Assembly (NCBI GenBank): GCA_963701295.1
Contig: OY969585.1
Location: 1,568,001-1,632,000, forward strand
Length of the DNA: 64,000 nt
DNA from: Ignavibacteriota bacterium
GTDB lineage: Bacteria > Bacteroidota > Ignavibacteria > UBA10030
Direction of reading: 5' to 3'
The notes below the pieces were generated by a model that was given only the letters and a program-made list of their open reading frames with translations, had not been told where the DNA came from and made no database searches. The position numbers and the translations under genes are program-made. Shown here piece after piece: positions 12,220 through 21,035 of this stretch (its first letter is position 1; the number at the start of each line of letters is the position of its first letter).

Positions 12220-13062
12220 TTATTTTATCATTAACATTTTTATAGTACTTGAATAATTAGCAGAACTCATTTTACAGATATAAACACCGCTTGCTAATCT
12301 GCTTCCATCTAATGTTGCTTCATAGCTTCCGGCTTTTTTATTCTCATTTACGAGAGAAGCTACTTCTCTTCCTAAAACATCAAAAACTTTCAGAGTAACA
12401 AAACCATCAATCGGGAGGTTATATACAATTTTTGTTTGCGGATTAAATGGATTTGGAAAGTTATGCTTTAATGCAAAGTTTGCCGGTGCTTCTATAGTTA
12501 CTTCAACAACATTGCTGTATTCGAACTTGCCGTCAAGGTTTATCTGTTTTAAACGGTACTGGAATTTTGTTCCTTCTTGTGGTGTATCTTTGAATGAATA
12601 CGTTTTTGGACTGTTGCTGTTTCCATGTCCTTGAACAAAACCAATCTTCTCCCACACACCCCTGCCTTCGGCTTCCCCTCTCGAGAGGGGATTAAGGGGT
12701 GTGCTTCTTTCTATCTCAAACCCGTAATTGTTCACTTCAGTGGCAGTATACCAAGATAACGTAATTGTTTTCTGATCTACCGTTGCAATGAAACTCACAA
12801 GTTCAACCGGTAATAATGATCCGCCGTTGCTTGCACCAAATGTAATGTTCGAAATGGTTGACATTCCATCAGTTGTTACATCAGAACTAGCTAGTTGGAA
12901 AATAATATCAGTTCCATTAAAAGTGATTTTTGTTAATCCTGAGATGTCAATTGTTTTCTTGGAGCTATTAGTATAAAGAACATTAAGATAGGTTTGAGAA
13001 TAGAGTTGAACTGAAAAGAAAAACATAAATAAGATATTTAAAGCATTAATAGAATGTTTCAT
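12220..13062 (-). CDS. T9SS type A sorting-domain protein
   Basis: Signal peptide; LPVELVSF...W.TATEVNNYGFEIER...YRLKQINLDG module; CTD NFPNPFNP...LKVFDVLGREV...LASGVY...KMLMIK. Confidence 0.9.
   Translation of the reverse strand: MKHSINALNILFMFFFSVQLYSQTYLNVLYTNSSKKTIDISGLTKITFNGTDIIFQLASSDVTTDGMSTISNITFGASNGGSLLPVELVSFIATVDQKTITLSWYTATEVNNYGFEIERSTPLNPLSRGEAEGRGVWEKIGFVQGHGNSNSPKTYSFKDTPQEGTKFQYRLKQINLDGKFEYSNVVEVTIEAPANFALKHNFPNPFNPQTKIVYNLPIDGFVTLKVFDVLGREVASLVNENKKAGSYEATLDGSRLASGVYICKMSSANYSSTIKMLMIK
12655..12703. repeat. GC-rich palindromic (REP-like) element inside a CDS, in frame
   Basis: 9-bp terminal IR CACACCCCT/AGGGGTGTG enclosing a GCCTTCGGC mini-hairpin and the perfect 18-bp palindrome TCCCCTCTCGAGAGGGGA. 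Confidence 0.8.
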
Positions 13063-13092
13063 TATTCCTCCTTTTGAATATTGGAATCACCT

Positions 13093-13196
13093 CGTTACCA
13101 ATGTCCTCGTTGGTAACGCAACAAGAAAGAAGCTCTGCTTCATCAGCAATGAAACGGAGTTTCATAATAGTCCGTTACAAAGCAAGAGCTTTGTAA
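13093..13196. repeat. cluster of four tandem hairpins (REP/REPIN-like)
   Basis: CGTTACCAA/TTGGTAACG, GAAGC/GCTTC, ATGAAAC/GTTTCAT and TTACAAAGC/GCTTTGTAA inverted repeats in one intergenic gap. Confidence 0.7.
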
Positions 13197-13232
13197 TATT
13201 ATACAAAAGAAAAAGTGCAAAAGAGCAAAGGA

Positions 13233-14348
13233 TTATCTCTTCTGGAGAACATGAAACCCGAGGCAGTTGTAGCGAGCGCCCGGACCGTATCCGCCGCGGT
13301 AGAACACGCGACAGTCATCATTGACGTTGAGCCAGGAGCAACCGCGACCCACACCTGATGTGCCGCACCACTCCCACACATTACCAGACATATCAAAAAT
13401 TCCCAATTCATTCGCTCTCTTTGCGCCTACTTCGTGTGTTTTTTTACCGGAGTTACCATCATACCACGCAACTTTATCAATTATGTTGCTGCCACTGTAT
13501 TCATATCATTTGGAATTTTCTCCACCTCGGACAGCGTATTCCCATTCATTTTCTTCCGGTAGGCGAACGGTTGTTCCTGTTTCTTTGCTCAACCAATTGC
13601 AAAAAGCGACAGCATCGGCAACATTCACGTTGATAACCGGCTGTTTTCCTCTACCAAAATCTGCACTGAGCTTATCGTATCCTGTCGCTTCGCAAAACTT
13701 ATCATACTGATCGAAGGTAATCTCCGTTGCAGATATATAAAAATCTCCTCCCGTTTTGCCTTTTACTAAAATCCAAGTGATTAAAGATTGCTTATCACGC
13801 TCTATACGAAGAAGAGATAATTTCATCTCAAGTTGAGTGATTTTATCCTGCTCCTGTGTAATCATTTCAGGTTCGCCATAAACATAAATTGGGACATTAC
13901 CGCCAAATGCGTTTTGACCATAGGTTTTTCCAATAAAGTGATGGAAAGTGGGACCATTGCCACCGTAATTATTGGCTGTAACACTTTTCAAGCTATAGTT
14001 TTTGACTTGTAGATTTGCTTTTCCTGAAACAAATGCTCCGAAATCATTAATTCTATTCTGGTCATGCGAGCCATCTATATTGACGGGGTAGGCATTTCCA
14101 TAAACAAGTATCTGATTTTCATCACGATCAACAATTTCGCCCATAATCCAAAAACGAGGGTACTTTAAATTTAGGGATAATATTAATGACTTAGAATTCT
14201 CAATTTTCGTTTCGATGTCCGAAATTCACTGTTCAATGGTACGAGTGTGTGAAGGTGTTTTCTTTTTTTCTTGAGCGTCTATCACATGGGAAGAAAAAAT
14301 GATTGCAAAGATAATTAAGGGAAGAATTGAACAGGAATGTTTCATCAT
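13233..14348 (-). pseudogene. secreted FGE-sulfatase (SUMF1/CLec-fold) domain protein with two in-frame TGA stops
   Basis: One frame throughout: MMKHSCSILPLIIFAII...TIEQ*ISDIE...TEITFDQY...RLPEENEWEYAVRGGENSK*YEYSGSN...ANELGIFDMSGNVWEWC...RGCSW...LGFHVLQKR*. TGA at 14226-14228 and 13506-13508. Confidence 0.85.
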
Positions 14349-14486
14349 TCAAATTCCTTTCGAAATGACGGCTCCGCCAGAAAACGGCGAACGCATAAAA
14401 TGCGAAAGCATTGCAGATTATCAATTTATGACATCACTAACCTTTGATGTTTTTTAAGGAGGAATCGTTTCATGGAAAAATCTCTC

Positions 14487-15395
14487 TCAAGCTAAATGTT
14501 CTTTAAAAAATGAAGCTACGGAATCTTTATATGCAGCACCGCCAACTTCCCATACATCATTGTGGCCTGCATTGTCGATAAGGAGAAGCCGTTTAGGTCT
14601 ATTGGCTGCGTCATAAAGCAACTTGGAGTAATCAGATTTGATAAATGAGTCATTCTTCCCATGAACAATGAGGATAGGTACATGTACGCGTTTGATGTCT
14701 TCCAGCGGCGAGACAAGTCTCGCTTTGAAGTTTGCTATTTTCTGGGATTGGACGAGCGCGATATTCCGTAAAAAATGCCAGGGCAATTTGATAATACGCT
14801 TTTGGTAATCCACGAAGACAATGCGTAATGACGTATAACTGCATTCGGAAACGACGGCAGATATACGAGAATCAATTGCAGCTGCCTGAATCGCAACAGC
14901 TCCGCCCATTGATGTGCCGAAGAGACCGATCTTTCCAATTTCTCTATCTTTTCTTGACCGGAGATATCTGCTCACTGCCGAGACATCATACTTCTCATAA
15001 AATCCGTAGGTGCAATAAGAACCTTCGCTTTCGCCATGCTGTCGTGAATCGTAGAGAAAAATATTGAATCCCTCGTCATAGAGAGATTGCGCGAATGACA
15101 GACCGGCAATTTTACAATCGCCAACCCCATGCAAATAAATTATTGTACCGCGAGTTTTCTTCTTTTGCGGGATGAACCAGCAGCTCAGCTTCCATCCGTC
15201 AAACGTCTCAAGTGTAATATTCTCATTCGGAAGCCCGGCATCCTTTGGTTCAAGAAGAGGGGTAAATTGAGCGTACCATTCCTTCTTCCGTCGAACCGGT
15301 TTGAGTAAAATCAACGGACCTGCGACAAGCAGCACAAACGCCGCCTGAATCAGGAAAAGAACAGAGATAATAAGAAGGTTGAGAAAGATTTCCAT
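14487..15395 (-). CDS. alpha/beta hydrolase with N-terminal membrane anchor
   Basis: YLHG, DSRQHGES, GTSMGG nucleophile elbow, HGKND, AGHND. Confidence 0.9.
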   Translation of the reverse strand: MEIFLNLLIISVLFLIQAAFVLLVAGPLILLKPVRRKKEWYAQFTPLLEPKDAGLPNENITLETFDGWKLSCWFIPQKKKTRGTIIYLHGVGDCKIAGLSFAQSLYDEGFNIFLYDSRQHGESEGSYCTYGFYEKYDVSAVSRYLRSRKDREIGKIGLFGTSMGGAVAIQAAAIDSRISAVVSECSYTSLRIVFVDYQKRIIKLPWHFLRNIALVQSQKIANFKARLVSPLEDIKRVHVPILIVHGKNDSFIKSDYSKLLYDAANRPKRLLLIDNAGHNDVWEVGGAAYKDSVASFFKEHLA

Positions 15396-15544
15396 GGAAA
15401 ATCTATCGTAATCTGTTCCTCAAAATGACCGGAATTACTCCACTGTATCAATATATCAAGGCAGATCGATGGATGCAAGTTATGCGATGAAGCGATGGGT
15501 CCTTGAATGAAGTCTGAGGAGTCATTATCTTTAAGCAAAGCCCC

Positions 15545-15570
15545 AACCTTTTCCACAGATCAAAGGTCTA
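15545..15570 (+). promoter_or_regulatory. putative ECF sigma promoter (AAC-N17-GGTCTA)
   Basis: ECF-type -35 AAC and -10 GTC immediately upstream of an ECF sigma gene; autoregulation is inferred. Confidence 0.45.
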
Positions 15571-15575
15571 ATTTC

Positions 15576-16184
15576 ATGTCTGACAAACAAAGGAATTCCG
15601 AATGTATGACCGGCAATGAAACCGAGTTGATTATGCAAGCCCAGCAGGGCAATGTGAATGCATTTGAGCAGCTTGTTCATCGGCATGATAAACGAGTTCT
15701 CACAATCGCGGCAGGGTATGTGCACAGCGCCGACGACGCAAAAGATATCTATCAGGAAGTATTCCTCCGGGTATATAAAGGTCTGCCGAAATTTCAATAT
15801 AAGAGCGAATTTTCTACTTGGATTTATCGGATAACGACAAATGTGTGTTTAAGTCATCGATCGCGCAGAAACAGAAATTCGAATACGTCACTCGATCAGA
15901 GTATGGATGATGAAGACGGTCAACCGCATGCATTGAAAGATACGCTCTCCGATACTGCTGTTGCTGGTCAGCAGACATATGATGCGGAGATAGCTTTGCG
16001 TGTGGAACAAGCACTGAAAACGCTATCACCACGCCAGCGGATTGTTTTTACATTGAAGCATTATGATGGCTATAAGTTAAGAGAGATTGCAGAAATGATG
16101 AAATGCAATGAAGGAACTGTGAAGAAGTATCTCTTCGAAGCAACGGCACGTTTGCGAAAGCAACTGAAAGATTTAGCACGTTGA
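15576..16184 (+). CDS. ECF RNA polymerase sigma factor
   Basis: AFEQLV, DAKDIYQEVF, FSTWIYRI, LSPRQR, EIAEMM...GTVK. Start uncertain (15507, 15576 or 15606). Confidence 0.93.
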   Translation: MSDKQRNSECMTGNETELIMQAQQGNVNAFEQLVHRHDKRVLTIAAGYVHSADDAKDIYQEVFLRVYKGLPKFQYKSEFSTWIYRITTNVCLSHRSRRNRNSNTSLDQSMDDEDGQPHALKDTLSDTAVAGQQTYDAEIALRVEQALKTLSPRQRIVFTLKHYDGYKLREIAEMMKCNEGTVKKYLFEATARLRKQLKDLAR

Positions 16185-16206
16185 AGAAAAAAGTGAGGAA
16201 CGATCT

Positions 16207-17169
16207 ATGAAGCACAAACAGTTTGAAGAATGGCTCCAGCTTTCCTTGTATTATGAATTAAGCGAACAGGAACGAGTTTTTCTGGATAACCATCTTACAA
16301 CATGCGAGCGATGTCGTAGTGATCTCGAAGAATTGAAAAAACTCCATGGTACGTTAGCACATCGTCAATCGGTCGCAGTACAAGAGTCCTTGCTTCAGGA
16401 TGCACGAAGAAATCTACAATTACAAATTCATGCTGGAGCAATACGGAAATCATTCTGGGGCGGAGTGAAAGATGTACTCGATGGAATTCTTATTCCATCA
16501 GTTCCAGTGGCATTGGGTGGAGTCGTGATGATTGCAATTGGAATTCTTGTTGGATATTTCGTCTACAAATCACCTTCAGAAAAATCCTTGACAACAAAAC
16601 AGGCTGCGGCGATAGAAGCCGGAGAGTCTCAAATTACGAATATCCGTTTCCTTGATCGCGATGCACAAACAGGAGATGTTGAGTTTACATTTGAAACAAT
16701 CACGCCAGTGCATATACGCGGCAATATAAATGAGGAGCATGTGCAAAAAGTACTTGCACGAGCACTCGTGAGCGATCAAAATGCTGGCACGCGACTCCGT
16801 GCTGTGAATATGATTGGTACACAAACCGGGCAAAAACAGAACCACGTTCCTGAATTTGATGCAGAAGTAAAATCCGCTCTCGTTACAGCGCTTTTACATG
16901 ATCGAAATCTTGGAGTACGGAAGGAAGCACTCAATGTGCTCAGAAATTATTTACCGGATCCGGTCATTGTTCGCGCATTTCTTCAAGTATTATCGAGTGA
17001 AAAGAACACCGGCTTGAAGATTGCAGCGATTAATTCGTTAGACTTGTCTCAATATGAAAACCAACCGGTGAATAAGGAAATTCTTGAAATGTTCAAGAAT
17101 AAAGCTCAATCAGACGATAATAGCTATATCAGAATCAAAGCAAAGACAGCTTTGCAGGAGGTGCAATAA
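16207..17169 (+). CDS. anti-sigma factor: zf-HC2 zinc finger, TM helix, HEAT-repeat domain
   Basis: HLTTCERC ZAS motif, central TM segment, repeated D.N.G.R..A helical motifs. Confidence 0.85.
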   Translation: MKHKQFEEWLQLSLYYELSEQERVFLDNHLTTCERCRSDLEELKKLHGTLAHRQSVAVQESLLQDARRNLQLQIHAGAIRKSFWGGVKDVLDGILIPSVPVALGGVVMIAIGILVGYFVYKSPSEKSLTTKQAAAIEAGESQITNIRFLDRDAQTGDVEFTFETITPVHIRGNINEEHVQKVLARALVSDQNAGTRLRAVNMIGTQTGQKQNHVPEFDAEVKSALVTALLHDRNLGVRKEALNVLRNYLPDPVIVRAFLQVLSSEKNTGLKIAAINSLDLSQYENQPVNKEILEMFKNKAQSDDNSYIRIKAKTALQEVQ

Positions 17170-18317
17170 TGAAAACTTATATGCGGATACTCATTGCCAC
17201 ACTTGTGGCATTGCTTGCAACGACGCTTGCGTTGGCAAGAGAAAATGGAAGTAGTTCGAAATCGTTTAGCGTCAGCAAAGGAGGGACGATAGAAATTTCC
17301 ACCAGTACGGGGGATATTCGTATTTCTCCGTGGGAGAAAAATGAAGTTTCTGTAGTGGTAGAGGGGTTAGACGATGAAGACCTTGACAAAGTAAAAATGA
17401 CTCAAAACGGGAATATTGTTCGTGTATCCTATCGATCACGGTGGGATGATGGTTCAGGACATGTTCGCTTTGTTATCTCTGTGCCGTCACAATTTAATTT
17501 AGACATGAACACATCCGGTGGTGACTTGGAAGTAAAAGGGGGACTAACTGGGAAGATCGATGGATCGACCTCTGGGGGTGATATCAAATTAGGAAATGTT
17601 TTTGGCGGTCCGGTAGAAGTGTCGACGTCCGGAGGCGATATTAGTACAGGAAAGATTGAAGGCGACGGAAGTTTGAAAACCGCCGGCGGAGATATCCAGG
17701 TTGGAAGTGTGAATGGGTCACTCTCAGTCAATACTTCCGGCGGGGATATCCAAGTGGAGACAATCACAAAATCTCTTGATGCGAAAACTGCTGGGGGCAG
17801 TATCAACATTGGTAATGTTGGCGGAGAAGTAAATGTCTCGACATCCGGCGGTGATATCAAGGTAGGCAAGGTTTGGGGCAAGGCAACACTCAACACGGCA
17901 GGCGGTGATATCGAATTAAAAGGAGCGAGCGGCAATGTGAGCGCAAAAACTTCCGGTGGAGATGTAAAGCTGCAGAACATCACCGGTTCGGTTAATGCAA
18001 AAACTTCCGGTGGCGAAGTGGAAGCAGAATTGATCCCCAGCGGAAAAGGCGGCAGTAAACTTTCATCATCGGGCGGAGATGTGCGGCTTTATATTGATGA
18101 AAATTCTAAAGCAACAATTGAAGCGACCATTCGTCTCGATGGATGGGGCTCGCGAAAAAGCCGATATATTGTAAAGTCGGAATTCCCCAAAGAATCGTAT
18201 GAAACTGACGAAGAAGCTGACGAAATTCGCGCCGTTTATAAATTAAACGGCGGCGGTGAGTTGATTGAACTGAGCACTTCAAATTCGAATATCGAGATTC
18301 ATAAGCTGCGGCATTAA
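17169..18317 (+). CDS. secreted DUF4097/adhesin-like beta-strand repeat protein
   Basis: Signal peptide; about ten T(S/A)GGD(I/V) repeats; 1-nt overlap with the anti-sigma gene. Confidence 0.85.
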   Translation: MKTYMRILIATLVALLATTLALARENGSSSKSFSVSKGGTIEISTSTGDIRISPWEKNEVSVVVEGLDDEDLDKVKMTQNGNIVRVSYRSRWDDGSGHVRFVISVPSQFNLDMNTSGGDLEVKGGLTGKIDGSTSGGDIKLGNVFGGPVEVSTSGGDISTGKIEGDGSLKTAGGDIQVGSVNGSLSVNTSGGDIQVETITKSLDAKTAGGSINIGNVGGEVNVSTSGGDIKVGKVWGKATLNTAGGDIELKGASGNVSAKTSGGDVKLQNITGSVNAKTSGGEVEAELIPSGKGGSKLSSSGGDVRLYIDENSKATIEATIRLDGWGSRKSRYIVKSEFPKESYETDEEADEIRAVYKLNGGGELIELSTSNSNIEIHKLRH

Positions 18318-18377
18318 TAAGACGTTGATCAATATAACGGAATGAATTATTCAAATAATATTTTAAGGAAGAGTCCA

Positions 18378-19478
18378 ATGAAAAAAATATTTGCATTCCT
18401 TTTGATGGGTTTCGTAATACCGTCTCTCTCGTTTGCTCAGAAGCAATCAGACGATGCATCTGATTACCAATCAAAATCCTTTTCTGTCCAGAAAGGCGGA
18501 TTGCTTACGGTCGATGTTGATCCGGGAGCGGTGCGTATTGGGACGTGGGCTAAAGACGAAGTTTTTATTGAAGCGGAGGGAATAGATGAACGTCATCCTG
18601 ATCGCCTTGTGATGAATCAATCCGGAAATAATGTTACGGTGGAATATAAGGACAAACGTTCTCATTCTGACCATCTAAAATTCAGTGTTAAGGTTCCATC
18701 GAATTTTAATGTTGTCGTACAAACTTCCGGCGGAAGTATAAAACAAAAAGATGTGCTTACCGGCGATTTCCAAGCGGAAACGAAGGGAGGCAGTATCGAG
18801 ATAGATCATATCATCGGCAAGGTTGATGTCGAAACCGGAGGCGGCAGTATTAAAGCGGATATAGTTGAAGGCGACGCCGCAATGAAAACCGGCGGAGGAA
18901 GTATTGAAGCAGGAGTTATCAAAGGGACATTGCATGCGAAAACCGGAGGCGGTAGTATTACATTACGGGAAACCGGCGGCAAAGTGAATGCATCAACGGG
19001 CGGCGGAAGCATCAAGGCAGAAAATGCAAGCGCCTGGATTGATCTTTCCACCGGCGGCGGCAGTGTGCATGTGCGTGGAGCGAAGTATGGAGCGAAAATA
19101 AAAACAGGCGGTGGCAGCATTGAAATGGAAGATATTGTAGGACTTGTAGATGTATCGACAGGAGGAGGAAGTATTAATTGTGAACTAACTCCAGGCAGCA
19201 CTGGAAATAGTACGATCAGCACCGGCGGAGGAGAGATTCAACTCTCCTTACCTGAGAACGCAAAAGCTGTTATTGAAGCCACTATCAACGTGGGAAATGG
19301 ATGGGGTCGGCATCACAAGAAATGCGCGATCCATTCCGATTTCAAAGCAGATACTTACGAAGGTGATGATAAAAGCGATGAGATTCATGCTGTCTATACT
19401 TTAAACGGCGGCGGACAAAAGATTACGCTTGAGACTTCGAATAGCGACATTGAAATCCAGAAGATGTCTGCTAAATAG
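18378..19478 (+). CDS. secreted DUF4097/adhesin-like beta-strand repeat protein (paralog)
   Basis: Signal peptide MKKIFAF; repeated TGGGSI; C-terminus similar to the previous gene (EIHAVYTLNGGG vs EIRAVYKLNGGG). Confidence 0.85.
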   Translation: MKKIFAFLLMGFVIPSLSFAQKQSDDASDYQSKSFSVQKGGLLTVDVDPGAVRIGTWAKDEVFIEAEGIDERHPDRLVMNQSGNNVTVEYKDKRSHSDHLKFSVKVPSNFNVVVQTSGGSIKQKDVLTGDFQAETKGGSIEIDHIIGKVDVETGGGSIKADIVEGDAAMKTGGGSIEAGVIKGTLHAKTGGGSITLRETGGKVNASTGGGSIKAENASAWIDLSTGGGSVHVRGAKYGAKIKTGGGSIEMEDIVGLVDVSTGGGSINCELTPGSTGNSTISTGGGEIQLSLPENAKAVIEATINVGNGWGRHHKKCAIHSDFKADTYEGDDKSDEIHAVYTLNGGGQKITLETSNSDIEIQKMSAK

Positions 19479-19507
19479 TCATGTGAATGTCTGCAAAAGT
19501 TTAGCCA

Positions 19508-19562
19508 TAGCCGTCATCTGCCAAAGGCATGCCTTCGGCATTTGATGACGGCTATTTTTTTT
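19508..19562 (+). terminator. intrinsic terminator with branched loop
   Basis: ATAGCCGTCA...TGACGGCTAT stem followed by a T-run; loop holds TGCCAAAGGCATGCCTTCGGCA. Confidence 0.8.
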
Positions 19563-19660
19563 CTATCACTATGTTCTTCTTCAAGGATTGAATTCAATAG
19601 TAGTCATAGCGGACATGTTTGAAATTTGTCTTGATCCGTTGAATAGCTTCCTTCCCCTTT

Positions 19661-19685
19661 AACCTTTATCTTCTTGTGTCGTATC
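19661..19685 (+). promoter_or_regulatory. putative ECF sigma promoter (AAC-N16-CGT)
   Basis: AACC at 19661 and CGTAT at 19680, just upstream of the second ECF gene. Confidence 0.45.
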
Positions 19686-19710
19686 ATTGCAAGAACAAAG
19701 ACACCTACGA

Positions 19711-20289
19711 ATGCAGAATAGTAAACCAGTTGATGCACTTGCGAAACTTATTGAAGATGCCCAAAAAGGTGATATAATGGCATTTGAAAAAATCGTCAAA
19801 TGTCATCAATCATATGCATACGCTATTGCCTTCAGGTTCTTTTGCGATGAAGATGACGCAGAGGATGTTGTTCAGGAAAGTTTTATCAGAATATAGAATC
19901 ATTTAAAAGATTTCGATTCGAGAATGAAATTTACAACATGGATGTACAAGATCGTTGTCAATCTTTGCTATGACAAAGCTAAGTCCAACAAGAGAAGAAC
20001 GAGTGTGTTTGCGAGATTGAATGACGATTCCTCTAAAGACGACTGTATCGAAAATACCGATATAGAACAGGATTTGACCAATAAAGAAACAGCGGCGTTG
20101 ATCAAACGTATTGCCGATGAATTATCCGAAAAGCAGCGAATGATTTTTCTGCTGAGAGATTTGCAGGACCTGACCATTGAAGAAGTTACCGAGATTACAG
20201 GTATGTCTGAATCGGCGATAAAAACAAACCTGTTTTACGCAAGACAAAACATCAAAAAGAAATTAGCGAAGTTAGAGGTAAGCGTATGA
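19711..20289 (+). pseudogene. ECF sigma factor interrupted by in-frame TAG (19894-19896)
   Basis: ORFs 19687-19896 and 19924-20289 share a frame: DAEDVVQESFIRI*NHLKDFDSRMKFTTWMYKI. The TAG sits where ECF region 2 usually has Trp. Confidence 0.85.
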
Positions 20290-21035
20290 CGTGCAAAGAA
20301 CTACAACGGCTTCTTTACTCGGCAAGAATCGAAGACTTCGATCCGGCTGAAAGAGAATTCTTAAAGAAGCATCTTGCTGATTGCGAAACGTGCAAAACGA
20401 TCTTTCAGGAAGTATCGAAAGCTGATCGGATACTTGCCCGCATCAAGGAGGCAGCACCCCGCATCCGAAACGAGCACGCGTTGACAGAATTCATTATCGA
20501 TGCAATTGTTAGCGGCGAGAGACCAACGGCAGATGTTGGCACAAATACCTTCCTCGATAGTCTGATGAACATATTCAGCATGAAAGCAGTCCGATTGACT
20601 TGTAGTATCATGATCCTCTTGTGTGGAATGACGTATTTATTTATGGAATACAGTGACATGAAAGAAATAGTGAGCCTGGAACAAAGATTAGGTATACAAC
20701 ATGATTTCAGCCGGGCAAGCATAGTTCTACCCGGGGTCAATGTTCCAGGTTTCCTCTATGATTTTTACGAATTGTCTGATGGGAGTCGGAATTATATAGA
20801 GCTGACTAATAAACTTATTCTTATGAAGAAGGAGGATTTGCAGACTTTGTTAAAGGATTATAAGACATTGGATGAATCCTCTCGCAAAAGATTGGATGAG
20901 ATGCAGAATCAATTTCTTGAAGATGAATATCTGAAACTTAGTTCTACGAATAAAAACCAAGAAATCAAAAAGCTTCAAAACGAAATCAAACGGCTGAAGA
21001 AAGAACTAGAACAAAGTAACCTTAAGGATAAATGA
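20286..21035 (+). CDS. putative zf-HC2 anti-sigma factor with TM helix and coiled-coil tail
   Basis: MTC...HLADCETC motif, TM segment, ATGA overlap with the sigma gene. Confidence 0.75.
   Translation: MTCKELQRLLYSARIEDFDPAEREFLKKHLADCETCKTIFQEVSKADRILARIKEAAPRIRNEHALTEFIIDAIVSGERPTADVGTNTFLDSLMNIFSMKAVRLTCSIMILLCGMTYLFMEYSDMKEIVSLEQRLGIQHDFSRASIVLPGVNVPGFLYDFYELSDGSRNYIELTNKLILMKKEDLQTLLKDYKTLDESSRKRLDEMQNQFLEDEYLKLSSTNKNQEIKKLQNEIKRLKKELEQSNLKDK

Larger units (their letters stand above)
9922..14350. other. AT-rich accessory block of secreted/surface protein genes
   Basis: Visibly more AT-rich with A/T-ending codons than the flanks. All genes are on the minus strand and start with signal peptides. 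No integrase or transposase seen. Confidence 0.55.

Noticed and set aside
9922-14480. Integron cassette array or prophage as the origin of the AT-rich block
   Set aside because: No integrase, attC-like core sites, phage genes, flanking tRNA or direct repeats could be identified.
17429-19222. Long antisense ORFs (17429-17983, 18806-19222) rich in Pro-Pro
   Set aside because: Shadow frames of the Gly-Gly repeats on the coding strand.
17500-19240. Periodic ACNTCCGGCGG / ACCGGCGGCGG nucleotide repeats resembling an array
   Set aside because: They are coding repeats of the DUF4097 proteins with synonymous variation, not CRISPR repeats.
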